Below, piece after piece: positions 1-8,316 of a DNA stretch of 64,000 bases (the stretch's first letter is position 1; every line of letters begins with the position of its first letter). The notes beneath the pieces are model-generated. The model had not been told where the DNA came from. It did not search any database and saw nothing but the letters and a program-made list of their open reading frames with translations. This DNA is from an uncultured Myxococcales bacterium. Its GTDB lineage: Bacteria > Myxococcota > B64-G9. Made by a program: the position numbers and the translations under genes. Location of the stretch: positions 4,404-68,403 of the forward strand of contig CAYVQE010000005.1 of assembly GCA_964454005.1 (NCBI GenBank). Reading direction: 5' to 3'.

Positions 1-840
1 GAGCCAGACGACCCGGGCCTCGGGCTGGGTCGCGAGCAGCGCGTCCAGGTGCGTCAGGTGCTCGGGCGCCTTGAGCGCCAGGCGACGGGCCGGGCGCTGG
101 GCGAGCAGCAGCCGGAGCTGATCCGCATAGTGGGCGTAGGTGTCGGTGTAGTCCTGATCGCGCGACCAATCCAGATAGCCGCGCACGTCTCCCAACAGTA
201 CGTAGAACTGTTCGCACATAAAGGTGCGCGCCAGCAGGAAGATACACTCCTCGGTGCTGTCGTGCCGGGAGGGGTGTATCTTGTCGAGCTGGTCCACCCA
301 CCAGCGCATCGCGGCGATGGTGTTCTTGGCCGCCAGCTTGCGCATCCGCGGGTAGCGCTTGAAGTGAATCGGATCCAGGACCGGATAGTACATCTCCCAC
401 AACTGCGGCGCGCGGGCGTCGGGGTCCTGGGCCAGCAAGCGATGCAGCAGCGTGGTCCCGGTGCGGGGCAGCCCGATCACGACCAGGGTGTCCGGCAGGC
501 GGGTGGCGCCGATCTCCGGATTGGCCCGCAGGGCCTGATCCACCTGGATGCGGGTGGCCAACTGCATCAGCAGCATGTTGCGGGCACCGCGGCGCCCAAG
601 GGTGTTGAGGCGGGCGTCGGTCTCTAGCGAATCCACCAGGACGGACAGCGGTTCCCGGATGTCGGCCGGGAGGGGTGCGTTGTGGGTCTTGGCCAGGCGG
701 CAGGCCATGGACCAGAGGCTGTCGACTTCGAGATCGGCCCGCTTGTCGAACAGCGTCAGCAGGCCCTTGGCGAAACGAAGGCGGATCGGGCGCCTCTTCT
801 CGAACATGGTCGGCTCGTGGTCGGATGGACCGGCGGACAT
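1..840 (-). CDS. Sulfotransferase family protein (3' end runs off the window)
   Basis: This gene is absent from the ORF track because it is open to the window edge. The reverse frame from the ATG (complement of 838-840) is stop-free where I translated it (positions 31-60 and 421-480) and by eye across the rest, and it contains VIGLPRTGTTLLHRLLAQDP. That sequence matches the 5'-phosphosulfate-binding loop of bacterial sulfotransferases. Listed + ORF 49..627 is its antisense shadow. Confidence 0.7.
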   Translation of the reverse strand, partial: MSAGPSDHEPTMFEKRRPIRLRFAKGLLTLFDKRADLEVDSLWSMACRLAKTHNAPLPADIREPLSVLVDSLETDARLNTLGRRGARNMLLMQLATRIQVDQALRANPEIGATRLPDTLVVIGLPRTGTTLLHRLLAQDPDARAPQLWEMYYPVLDPIHFKRYPRMRKLAAKNTIAAMRWWVDQLDKIHPSRHDSTEECIFLLARTFMCEQFYVLLGDVRGYLDWSRDQDYTDTYAHYADQLRLLLAQRPARRLALKAPEHLTHLDALLATQPEARVVWL

Positions 841-1032
841 CTGCGGTCTGGCTCCCTTCTCTCGATCCAGGGCGTCGTTTTCAGGGCCATTGTAGTCCGC
901 TCTGACTCGGGCAGGCAAGGCCGCTGCGCGCGACCAGAATTTCCCACCACCGATGGGGCTGTCCTGAATCCGAATGCCTCGCTCCTCCCGTTCCGTGTTT
1001 TTTGCGGTGTGAGGTGATAGACTCGCGATAAG

Positions 1033-1743
1033 ATGGCCTTGAGCAACGAAAGCCAGCCTGCCAGCGCGGTCGAGACCATCCCCCGATCCGCATTGTTTCC
1101 GATCGAACCGGCTGCGCTAGCAAGCGCCATGGGCGGGCAGGGCGCTTCATTGCCGCCGCGCCTGCGGCGGCGGGCCGAGCAAGCGGCGGCCGTGGTGGAG
1201 CGGGCCAGCCGGCCGCGGCTCTGTCGGCGCCGCCTGTCTCTGAGCCGTGGGCAGGCGGGTTTTCTCCTGGACGGGCGAGGACCGTTCAAAAGCGCCAACC
1301 TGGACCGCATGCTGGCGGTCTGCAGCCACGTCTACGCCTTCCTGGTCACTCTGGGCCCCGAGTTGGATCGCCGCCTGCAGGCTGCCCAGGGGGCCGGAAT
1401 GGCCGAGGCCTACGTGCTGGACGCGATCGCCGCGCAGCTCACCGAGGCCGCCGCGGCTTACGCCGAAGAGCGGATCCGGCAACAGCTGGCCCCGGGCGAG
1501 GAGGCGACCATGCGCATCAGTCCGGGATACTGCGATTGGCCTGTCAGCCAGCAGGCCCTGTTGTTCTCGCTGCTCGATGGAGCGACCGCCGGGGTCTCGT
1601 TGACCGAGGGGGGCATGATGCAGCCGCGCAAGAGCATCTCCAGCATCCTGGGGGTCGGGCCCCGCGAGCGCGTGCTGCCGGTGCGCAATGCCTGCCTGTT
1701 CTGTGGGCAGCGGGATTGCCCCTACCGGAGGGAGGCGAGATGA
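1033..1743 (+). CDS. Stand-alone cobalamin-dependent methionine synthase activation-domain-like protein
   Basis: The C-terminal half (MRISPGYCDWPVSQQALLFSLLD...SLTEGGMMQPRKSISSILGVG) resembles the MetH reactivation domain, which occurs as separate proteins in corrinoid methyltransferase operons. Its stop overlaps the next start (ATGA at 1740-1743). Confidence 0.6.
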   Translation: MALSNESQPASAVETIPRSALFPIEPAALASAMGGQGASLPPRLRRRAEQAAAVVERASRPRLCRRRLSLSRGQAGFLLDGRGPFKSANLDRMLAVCSHVYAFLVTLGPELDRRLQAAQGAGMAEAYVLDAIAAQLTEAAAAYAEERIRQQLAPGEEATMRISPGYCDWPVSQQALLFSLLDGATAGVSLTEGGMMQPRKSISSILGVGPRERVLPVRNACLFCGQRDCPYRREAR

Positions 1744-2768
1744 AGGCACTACAGATTGCGGAACGCGGCAAGCCCTTGGCGCAGAGGCAAGTCGACCAGC
1801 CGGGTCCCGGTCCGGGCGAGGTCTTGGTCAAGGTGGCCGCCGCCGGCATCTGCCGCTCCGACGTGCACTACCGCTCGGGTACCGCCCCGACCGGACCGCT
1901 GCCGCTGACGCCCGGCCACGAGATCGCCGGGGTGATCGAAGCCGTCGGCCCACAGGTCGCCGAGCGCAGGGTGGGCCAACGGGTCTGTCTGCACTACCTG
2001 GTTACCTGCGGCCATTGCCACTACTGCGCGCTGGGCAGCGAGCAGTTCTGCACCAGCGGCGCCATGCTCGGCAAACACATCGACGGCGGCTACGCCGAGT
2101 ACATCGCGGTGCCGGAGAAGAACGCGGTGCCGCTGCCGGACTCGATCTCGTTCGAACAGGGCGCCATCATCGGCTGCTCGGCGGTGACCTGCCTGCACGC
2201 CATCCGCAAGAGCCGCCTGGCGGCTGGTGAGACCGTGGCCGTGTTCGGCGTGGGCGGGCTGGGGCTTTCGGCCATCCAGCTGGCCCGGGCTTTCGGCGCC
2301 CTGGACGTCTACGCGATCGACATCGCGGCGGAGAAGCTGAAGATGGCGGCTGCGCTGGGAGCGTTGCCGATCGACGCTGGCGCCGGCGATCCGGTCGCCG
2401 CCATCATGCAGCATACCGGCGGTCGCGGCGTGGACGTGGCCCTGGAGGTGATCGGACTGCCGGCGACGCTGCAGCAGGCGGTCAAGAGCCTGTCCATTTT
2501 CGGCCGGGCCATGGTCGTCGGCATCACCGACCAGCCGATGCAAATTCTGCCCTACTCGGACCTGCTGATGAAAGAAGCCGAGCTGATGGGCGCCGCCGAT
2601 CATCTCCTGACCGAGATGCCCTTGTTGCTCGAGATGGTCCGCCGCGGTGTGCTGCAGCTCGGCGACGTGGTGGCCAAACGCCTGCCGCTCGAGGCCGATG
2701 CCGTCAACGCCGAGCTCGATGCCATCGAGCGTTTCGACAGCGAAGGCCGGGCGGTGATCATCCCCTGA
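1740..2768 (+). CDS. Zinc-dependent alcohol dehydrogenase family oxidoreductase
   Basis: ATG 1740 lies inside listed ORF 1536..2768. Motifs seen are the GHEIAGVIEAVG zinc-ADH signature, the structural-zinc Cys cluster CGHCHYCALGSEQFC and the Rossmann motif GVGGLG. Confidence 0.85.
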   Translation: MKALQIAERGKPLAQRQVDQPGPGPGEVLVKVAAAGICRSDVHYRSGTAPTGPLPLTPGHEIAGVIEAVGPQVAERRVGQRVCLHYLVTCGHCHYCALGSEQFCTSGAMLGKHIDGGYAEYIAVPEKNAVPLPDSISFEQGAIIGCSAVTCLHAIRKSRLAAGETVAVFGVGGLGLSAIQLARAFGALDVYAIDIAAEKLKMAAALGALPIDAGAGDPVAAIMQHTGGRGVDVALEVIGLPATLQQAVKSLSIFGRAMVVGITDQPMQILPYSDLLMKEAELMGAADHLLTEMPLLLEMVRRGVLQLGDVVAKRLPLEADAVNAELDAIERFDSEGRAVIIP

Positions 2769-2800
2769 GCGCATGGCCGAGCGAGGAGCGAGGACGCACC

Positions 2801-3601
2801 ATGATCCTGATCGGAGAGCTGCTCAACACCTCACGCCGGTCGATCGCCGGGGCGGTCGAGCGGCGCGACACCGAGGCCATCGCCGCCGTCGCCCGGCGCC
2901 AGGCCGAAGCCGGTGCCGACTACATCGACGTCAACGCCGGGACCTTCGCCGCCCGCGAGAGCGAGTGTCTGTGCTGGTTGGTCGAGACGGTGCAGGCGGC
3001 GGTCGATCGACCGCTGTGCATCGACAGCCCCAGCCCCGATGCCATGCGCGCGGCGCTCGAACGCCACCGCGGCACAGCGCTGGTCAACTCGATTTCAATG
3101 GAGCCGCAGCGCTGGCGCGGTATGCTCGAGGTGGTGGCGGAGTGGCCCTGCCGGGTGATCGCCCTGTGCATGACCTCGGCCGCCATGCCGCAAGGGGCCG
3201 GTGAGCGGGTCGACGCCGGCACGGCCATCGTCGATGAGCTCGAGCGCGCCGGGGTGGCGCGGGAGCGGATCCTGCTCGATCCGCTATTGCAGCCGGTGTC
3301 GATCGACGTGCGCCAGGGAAGGGGGTTTCTCAAAGCCCTGCGCCGACTGACCGCCGCGCTGCCCGAGGTCGAGACCGTCTGCGGCCTGTCGAACGTGTCC
3401 TTCGGCCTGCCGCGGCGCTCGCTGGTCAATCGGACCTTTCTGTCACTGGCCCTGCAGGCCGGCCTGGGCGCCGCAATCTGTGACGCGACCGACCGGCGGC
3501 TGCTGGCCGCGCTGCGGGCGGCCGAGATGCTGCTGGGCCGGGACGAGTACTGCGAAGCCTTCATCGACGCCCACCAGTCCGGTGCGCTCGACGAGGATTG
3601 A
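2801..3601 (+). CDS. Methyltetrahydrofolate:corrinoid methyltransferase (pterin-binding domain protein)
   Basis: The pterin-binding TIM-barrel motifs ADYIDVNAG, LCIDS, LVNSIS and GLSNVSFGLP match the MetH/AcsE type. A GAGGAG ribosome-binding site (RBS) precedes the ATG. Confidence 0.8.
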   Translation: MILIGELLNTSRRSIAGAVERRDTEAIAAVARRQAEAGADYIDVNAGTFAARESECLCWLVETVQAAVDRPLCIDSPSPDAMRAALERHRGTALVNSISMEPQRWRGMLEVVAEWPCRVIALCMTSAAMPQGAGERVDAGTAIVDELERAGVARERILLDPLLQPVSIDVRQGRGFLKALRRLTAALPEVETVCGLSNVSFGLPRRSLVNRTFLSLALQAGLGAAICDATDRRLLAALRAAEMLLGRDEYCEAFIDAHQSGALDED

Positions 3602-3645
3602 CCCGAACAGCCCCGAGCACGGATCGGAGAACGGAGCGAGTGACG

Positions 3646-4299
3646 ATGGCGCCCGAAGCAGATCAGCAGAGACTGGAATCCCTCAACGCTGCCGTCATCG
3701 GGGCTGAGGCCGACGAGGCCCAGGCGCTGACCCGCCAGGCCCTGGAGGCCGGCATGCCCGCCCAGCGCATTATCGACGACGGGCTGATCGCGGCGCTGGA
3801 CGAGGTGGGTGAGCGCTATGCCAAGGGGCTGCTGTTCGTGCCCCAGATGCTGCGTTCGGCCAACACCATGCGCAAATGCGTGGATCTGCTCAAGCCGCAC
3901 CTAGGCGGCCAGGAGTTCAAGCCCAAGGGCAAGATCGTGATCGGCACGGTCAAAGGTGACCTGCACGACATCGGCAAGAACCTGGTGGCCATGATGCTGG
4001 AAGGCGCCGGCTTCCATGTCGCCGACCTGGGGGTCGACGTGGCCCCGGAGCAGTTCGTCCAGGCGCTCAAGGTCGAGGGCGCCGACATCCTGGCCATGTC
4101 GGCCTTGCTGTCGACGACCATGCTGGCCATGCCCGAGACCATCGCGGCGCTGCGGGCCGACGAGGTGGGGGCGCGGGTCAAGGTGTTGGTCGGCGGGGCC
4201 CCGGTGACTGAGGCCTACGCCGAGGAGATCGGAGCCGATGGCTATGGTCCAGATGCGGCCTCGGCGGCCGGGCTGGCCAAGAAGCTGATCGGCGATTGA
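3646..4299 (+). CDS. Corrinoid (B12-binding) methyl-carrier protein
   Basis: It has a B12-binding helical cap plus a Rossmann domain carrying DxHxxG (GDLHDIGKN), SxL (SALLSTT) and GG (VGGAP). ATG 3646 is preferred over TTG 3598 of the listed ORF. Confidence 0.9.
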   Translation: MAPEADQQRLESLNAAVIGAEADEAQALTRQALEAGMPAQRIIDDGLIAALDEVGERYAKGLLFVPQMLRSANTMRKCVDLLKPHLGGQEFKPKGKIVIGTVKGDLHDIGKNLVAMMLEGAGFHVADLGVDVAPEQFVQALKVEGADILAMSALLSTTMLAMPETIAALRADEVGARVKVLVGGAPVTEAYAEEIGADGYGPDAASAAGLAKKLIGD

Positions 4300-4326
4300 A
4301 GCACGACACGGCGGAAGGGCGAGCGG

Positions 4327-5742
4327 ATGGTTTTTCTTTCCAGTGCGGACATCGACGCCATCGACTACAGCGCGCGCGACCTGCTGTGGCGGGTAGGGGT
4401 GCGGATCGACGATCCTGCGACCTTGGATGCGCTGGAGCGGGACGGGGCGGCAGTCGACCGGGAGACCGGCCGGTCCCGCCTGACCCGGTCGTGGCTGGAC
4501 GACCGACTGGGCAAGGCCCCGGAGCGTTTCGTACTGCACGGTCGCGATCGGACACACGATCTACAGCTCGGCCAGGGCCGGGTGCACTTCGGCAACGGCG
4601 GCCGGGTGTTCCGGGTGCGTGACATCGACAGCGGCGAGTTCCGCCCCACCGGCATGCGCGACCTGGCGGCCATCGCCAGCCTGGTCGAGCATTTGGAGCA
4701 GATCGACTTCTTCATCATCCCCTGCCAGGCTGAAGACCTGGCGGCCGAGCAATACCACGCCAACGAGTTCTGGCTGGCCTGCAACCACACCGCCAAGCAC
4801 GTGATGGGCGGCTGCGGCGATCTGCGCGGTGTCGAGCAGATATGGCGACTGGGCGGCTTGTTGGCCGGCTCTGCGGAAGCCTTCGCCGCGGCGCCCTTCC
4901 TGTCGGTGATCACCAACACCGTCAGCCCGCTGATCTTCAACGCCGATGTGCTGCGCATCATGCGCTTCTGCTGCCAGAACGGCCTGCCGCTGACCTGTGC
5001 CCCGGCTCCGATCGCCGGGGCCACCGCCCCGGCCACATTGGCCGGAGCCCTGACGCAGCAGCACGCCGAATCGCTGGCCGCGGTGGCCATCGCCCAGGTC
5101 TTCCAGCCGGGCGCCCGCATCCTGTACGGCGCCGTGCTGTCGAGCATGGACCTGCGGCACATGGATTTCTGCCTGGGTGCGGCCGAGATGGCCATCATGA
5201 ACGCGGCCGCGGTGCAGCTGGCCAAACACAGCCGCCTGCCGATCTACGCCAGCGCCGGGGTGACCGACGCCAAGACTCCGGACGTGCAGGCCGGCATGGA
5301 AAAGGCCCTGTCGCAGCTGTTGGTGGCCCAGGCCGGCGGCGACGCCATCCACCTGGCGGCCGGAATGCTGGATTCCGGCAACAGCGTGGCCTACGAGCAG
5401 TACCTGATCGACGACGAGCTGATCGGCATGGTGCGGCGGTGTTTGGCCGGCGTGCGGGTCGACGAGCAGACGCTGGCCCAGGAGGTGATCGCCCGGGTCG
5501 GTCCGGGTGGCAACTACGTCACCGAGGACCACACGGTGGATCACATGTTCGATGAGTTCTTCTTCCCCCGGCTGGCGGTGCGCAGCAACTTCGACGTCTG
5601 GAACACGGGCGGCCGGCAGGGGATGGGAGACCGGGCCCGGCAGGTGGCCAGCGAGTTGCTCGAGCAGCACGCGGCGACGCTGCTGGCGGCCGAGCGACGC
5701 GCCGCGGTGGAGGCGGCTTTTCCGGGAATCGTCACCCTGTGA
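4327..5742 (+). CDS. MttB-superfamily substrate:corrinoid methyltransferase (non-pyrrolysine type)
   Basis: The 471-aa length and overall pattern fit the trimethylamine methyltransferase family, including the C-terminal VGPGGNYVTEDHT motif. The frame is uninterrupted, with no in-frame TAG. Confidence 0.8.
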   Translation: MVFLSSADIDAIDYSARDLLWRVGVRIDDPATLDALERDGAAVDRETGRSRLTRSWLDDRLGKAPERFVLHGRDRTHDLQLGQGRVHFGNGGRVFRVRDIDSGEFRPTGMRDLAAIASLVEHLEQIDFFIIPCQAEDLAAEQYHANEFWLACNHTAKHVMGGCGDLRGVEQIWRLGGLLAGSAEAFAAAPFLSVITNTVSPLIFNADVLRIMRFCCQNGLPLTCAPAPIAGATAPATLAGALTQQHAESLAAVAIAQVFQPGARILYGAVLSSMDLRHMDFCLGAAEMAIMNAAAVQLAKHSRLPIYASAGVTDAKTPDVQAGMEKALSQLLVAQAGGDAIHLAAGMLDSGNSVAYEQYLIDDELIGMVRRCLAGVRVDEQTLAQEVIARVGPGGNYVTEDHTVDHMFDEFFFPRLAVRSNFDVWNTGGRQGMGDRARQVASELLEQHAATLLAAERRAAVEAAFPGIVTL

Positions 5743-5767
5743 CGGCCCGGCGAGGGGTGCGCGAGCC

Positions 5768-6379
5768 ATGCCGGTCGAGCCCGAGCAACCGGAGTGCCGG
5801 CGGCTGATCGCCTGCGGGGTGTTCGTCCCGGCCCTGGAGAACCTGGGGCTCGACCGGCGCTGGCCCGGGCTGGAGCTGAAAGTGATGCCGGCCAGCCTGC
5901 ACATCCAGCCGACCCGCCTCTACGAGATGCTGGCCCAGGAATTGGCGCGCAGCGACTGCCCGCGGCCCCGGACCGGCCTGCTCTATGGCAGCTGCTTCCC
6001 CGGCATCGATGACTTCTGCCGCAAGCAGGGTTTGCGGCGGGTCAGCGGAGCCCACTGCTACGAGATGCTGCTCGGGCCACGGCGCTTTACCCGGCTGATG
6101 GACGAGACCGCCGGGACCTTTTTCGCCGAACGGGTGTTGCTGCAGAACTTCGAGCAGCACTGCGTCGAACCGTTGGAGCTCGACGATGCCGAGGTGCGCG
6201 CGGCCACCTTCGCCCACTACCGGCGCCTGATCTACATCCGCCAGCCGGACGACCCCGACCTCGGCCCCCGGGCCGCTGCGGTCGCTGATTTTCTGGGCTT
6301 GAGCCTCGGAGTGCTGGATGCGGATTACACCTACTTCGAGCACCTGGTCGACGACCTGGTGCGGGGAGGTGGAGGCTGA
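5768..6379 (+). CDS. DUF1638 domain protein
   Basis: ATG 5768 lies inside listed ORF 5507..6379. The pattern LIACGVF..LENL...LH..P..L...LLYGSC...HCYEMLLG is typical of DUF1638 proteins, which accompany corrinoid methyltransferase genes. Confidence 0.65.
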   Translation: MPVEPEQPECRRLIACGVFVPALENLGLDRRWPGLELKVMPASLHIQPTRLYEMLAQELARSDCPRPRTGLLYGSCFPGIDDFCRKQGLRRVSGAHCYEMLLGPRRFTRLMDETAGTFFAERVLLQNFEQHCVEPLELDDAEVRAATFAHYRRLIYIRQPDDPDLGPRAAAVADFLGLSLGVLDADYTYFEHLVDDLVRGGGG

Positions 6380-8316
6380 TGGCCCGACCCGAACGACCGA
6401 CTGCATTGGGGCTGCCGCGCTATGCGCCCGGGCCGCCGGCCGCCCGGCGGCCGCGCGATCGAACCGTGCTGGTCAATGTGCTGCCGGACGACATCTGGCT
6501 CGAGGCCCGGCGCGGGGACAACCTGCTCGACGTTTTGAAGAAGGGTGATGTGGACATCGATGCCGAATGCGGCGGCTTGGGCCAGTGCGGCAAGTGCAAG
6601 GTACGCATTCTGAGCTCCATCGACCTGCCGCCGGAGCAGTCGCGCGAGCACCTGAGCCGAAAGGAGATCGGCCAGGGCATCCGGCTGGCTTGCCACACCG
6701 TGCTGCAGGACGATCTGATCGTGTGGACCGGCGACCGCGAGCCCGAGTCGGAGTACGTCCAGATCCTGCAGACCGGGGCCCGGCCGCTGTTCCAGCTCGA
6801 GCCGCTGGTCGATCGCAAGCTGATCAACCTGCGGGTCGACTCGGCCGGCGGCGAACTGTCCTACATGGAACAGGTGCGCCTGGCCATGGGGCCGGTCGGC
6901 CGCCGGCTCGAGCCCTCGCTGTGGTGCCTGCGGTCGATCGTCGAGCGCATGCAGCAGGCGGAGTTTCGCGGCGCAGCGGTCTACCACGCGGATCGCTTGA
7001 TCGCCTGGCAGGCCTGGGAGGATCTGGAGCGCTACTACGGGCTGACTCTGGACCTGGGCACCAGCACGTTGGTGGGCAAGCTGGTCAACCTGCTCGACGG
7101 CACCGTGGTGGCCGCCATCTCGCGGCTGAACGGCCAGCTCCAGTACGGCGCGGACGTGATCAGCAGGCTGAAGTACATCAAGGAGAATTCCGACGGCCTG
7201 GAGCGGCTGCACACCATCATGCTGCGCGACATCAACCGCATCGTCCAGCGCCTGCTGGAGGTCGAGCATATCGACGCCGGGGATGTCTACGCAGCCGTGG
7301 TCGCCGGCAACACCACCATGCAGCACATCTTTCTGCGGGTCGATCCGACCAGCATCGCCGAGGTGCCCTTCGTGCCGGTGGTCAAGGAGGGGGTGATCGC
7401 CAGGGCGTCCGAGCTGGATCTGGGGGTGCACCCGGAGGCGCCGTGCCACGTGGTGCCGTCGCGCAGCGGCTACATCGGCGGCGACCTGATCGCCGTCATC
7501 CTGGCCTCTGGCGCAGCCGAGCAGAACGACGAGTTGGTGCTGGGGCTCGATCTGGGCACCAACGGTGAAATTTTTCTGGGCAACGCCGATCGCATCCTGA
7601 CCTGTTCGGCCGCCGCCGGGCCGGCCTTCGAGGGCGCCAACATCTCCCACGGGATGATCGCCCGCGGCGGCGCCATCGAGGCGGTGCTGAGCAGCGAGCA
7701 CAAGAGCACCTTCGTCTACCGCATCGTCGGCAACATCGAACCGCGCGGCCTGTGCGGCAGCGGCCTGGTGGATCTGGTCGCTTTGCTGCTGCACTGCGGT
7801 ATCATCGACCCCGAAGGCCTGATCGGCCATGTCGGCGACGAACGGCTGGCCGACCTCGACGCCCGGGTGGTCGAGCGCGCAGGCGCCCACGCCTTCATGG
7901 TGGCCCCGCCGGAAGAGGCCCACGGCGGCCGGGCCATCTTCTTGACCCAGCGCGACGTGCGCGAGCTGCAGCTGGCCAAGGCGGCCATCGCCGCCGGGGT
8001 GGAGTCGCTGCTGGAGGAGCTGGGCGTCGGCCCCGGCGACATCGACAAGGTCCTGCTGACCGGGGCCTTCGGCAACTACATCAACGCCCACAGCGCGCTG
8101 CGCATCGGGCTGCTGCCGGCGTTCGACCCGGGGGTCATCACCACCCTGGGCAACGCGGCCAGCACCGGGGCCAACATGATGCTGCTGTCCAAGATGCACT
8201 GGCGGCGGGCTGAGGAGCTGAGCGAGCGGATCGAGTACATCGCGCTCAGCGCGCGTCCGACCTTCATGCAGCGCTTCGTCGAACAGATGGACTTTCCGGA
8301 GGACAACCTGTGGTGA
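6379..8316 (+). CDS. Reductive activator of corrinoid protein (RACo/RamA-like; 2Fe-2S ferredoxin + ASKHA ATPase)
   Basis: The N-terminus has a plant-type ferredoxin motif (CGGLGQCGKCKV...ACHT). A large ASKHA-like body follows (LDLGTSTLVG, LDLGTNGEIF, AGPAFEG). The ATG overlaps the upstream stop (TGATG). Confidence 0.8.
   Translation: MARPERPTALGLPRYAPGPPAARRPRDRTVLVNVLPDDIWLEARRGDNLLDVLKKGDVDIDAECGGLGQCGKCKVRILSSIDLPPEQSREHLSRKEIGQGIRLACHTVLQDDLIVWTGDREPESEYVQILQTGARPLFQLEPLVDRKLINLRVDSAGGELSYMEQVRLAMGPVGRRLEPSLWCLRSIVERMQQAEFRGAAVYHADRLIAWQAWEDLERYYGLTLDLGTSTLVGKLVNLLDGTVVAAISRLNGQLQYGADVISRLKYIKENSDGLERLHTIMLRDINRIVQRLLEVEHIDAGDVYAAVVAGNTTMQHIFLRVDPTSIAEVPFVPVVKEGVIARASELDLGVHPEAPCHVVPSRSGYIGGDLIAVILASGAAEQNDELVLGLDLGTNGEIFLGNADRILTCSAAAGPAFEGANISHGMIARGGAIEAVLSSEHKSTFVYRIVGNIEPRGLCGSGLVDLVALLLHCGIIDPEGLIGHVGDERLADLDARVVERAGAHAFMVAPPEEAHGGRAIFLTQRDVRELQLAKAAIAAGVESLLEELGVGPGDIDKVLLTGAFGNYINAHSALRIGLLPAFDPGVITTLGNAASTGANMMLLSKMHWRRAEELSERIEYIALSARPTFMQRFVEQMDFPEDNLW

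Noticed and set aside
841-1032. A possible cobalamin riboswitch upstream of the corrinoid operon.
   Set aside because: I could not find the conserved B12-box or the GCCACTG core on either strand by eye. A covariance-model scan would be needed before any claim.
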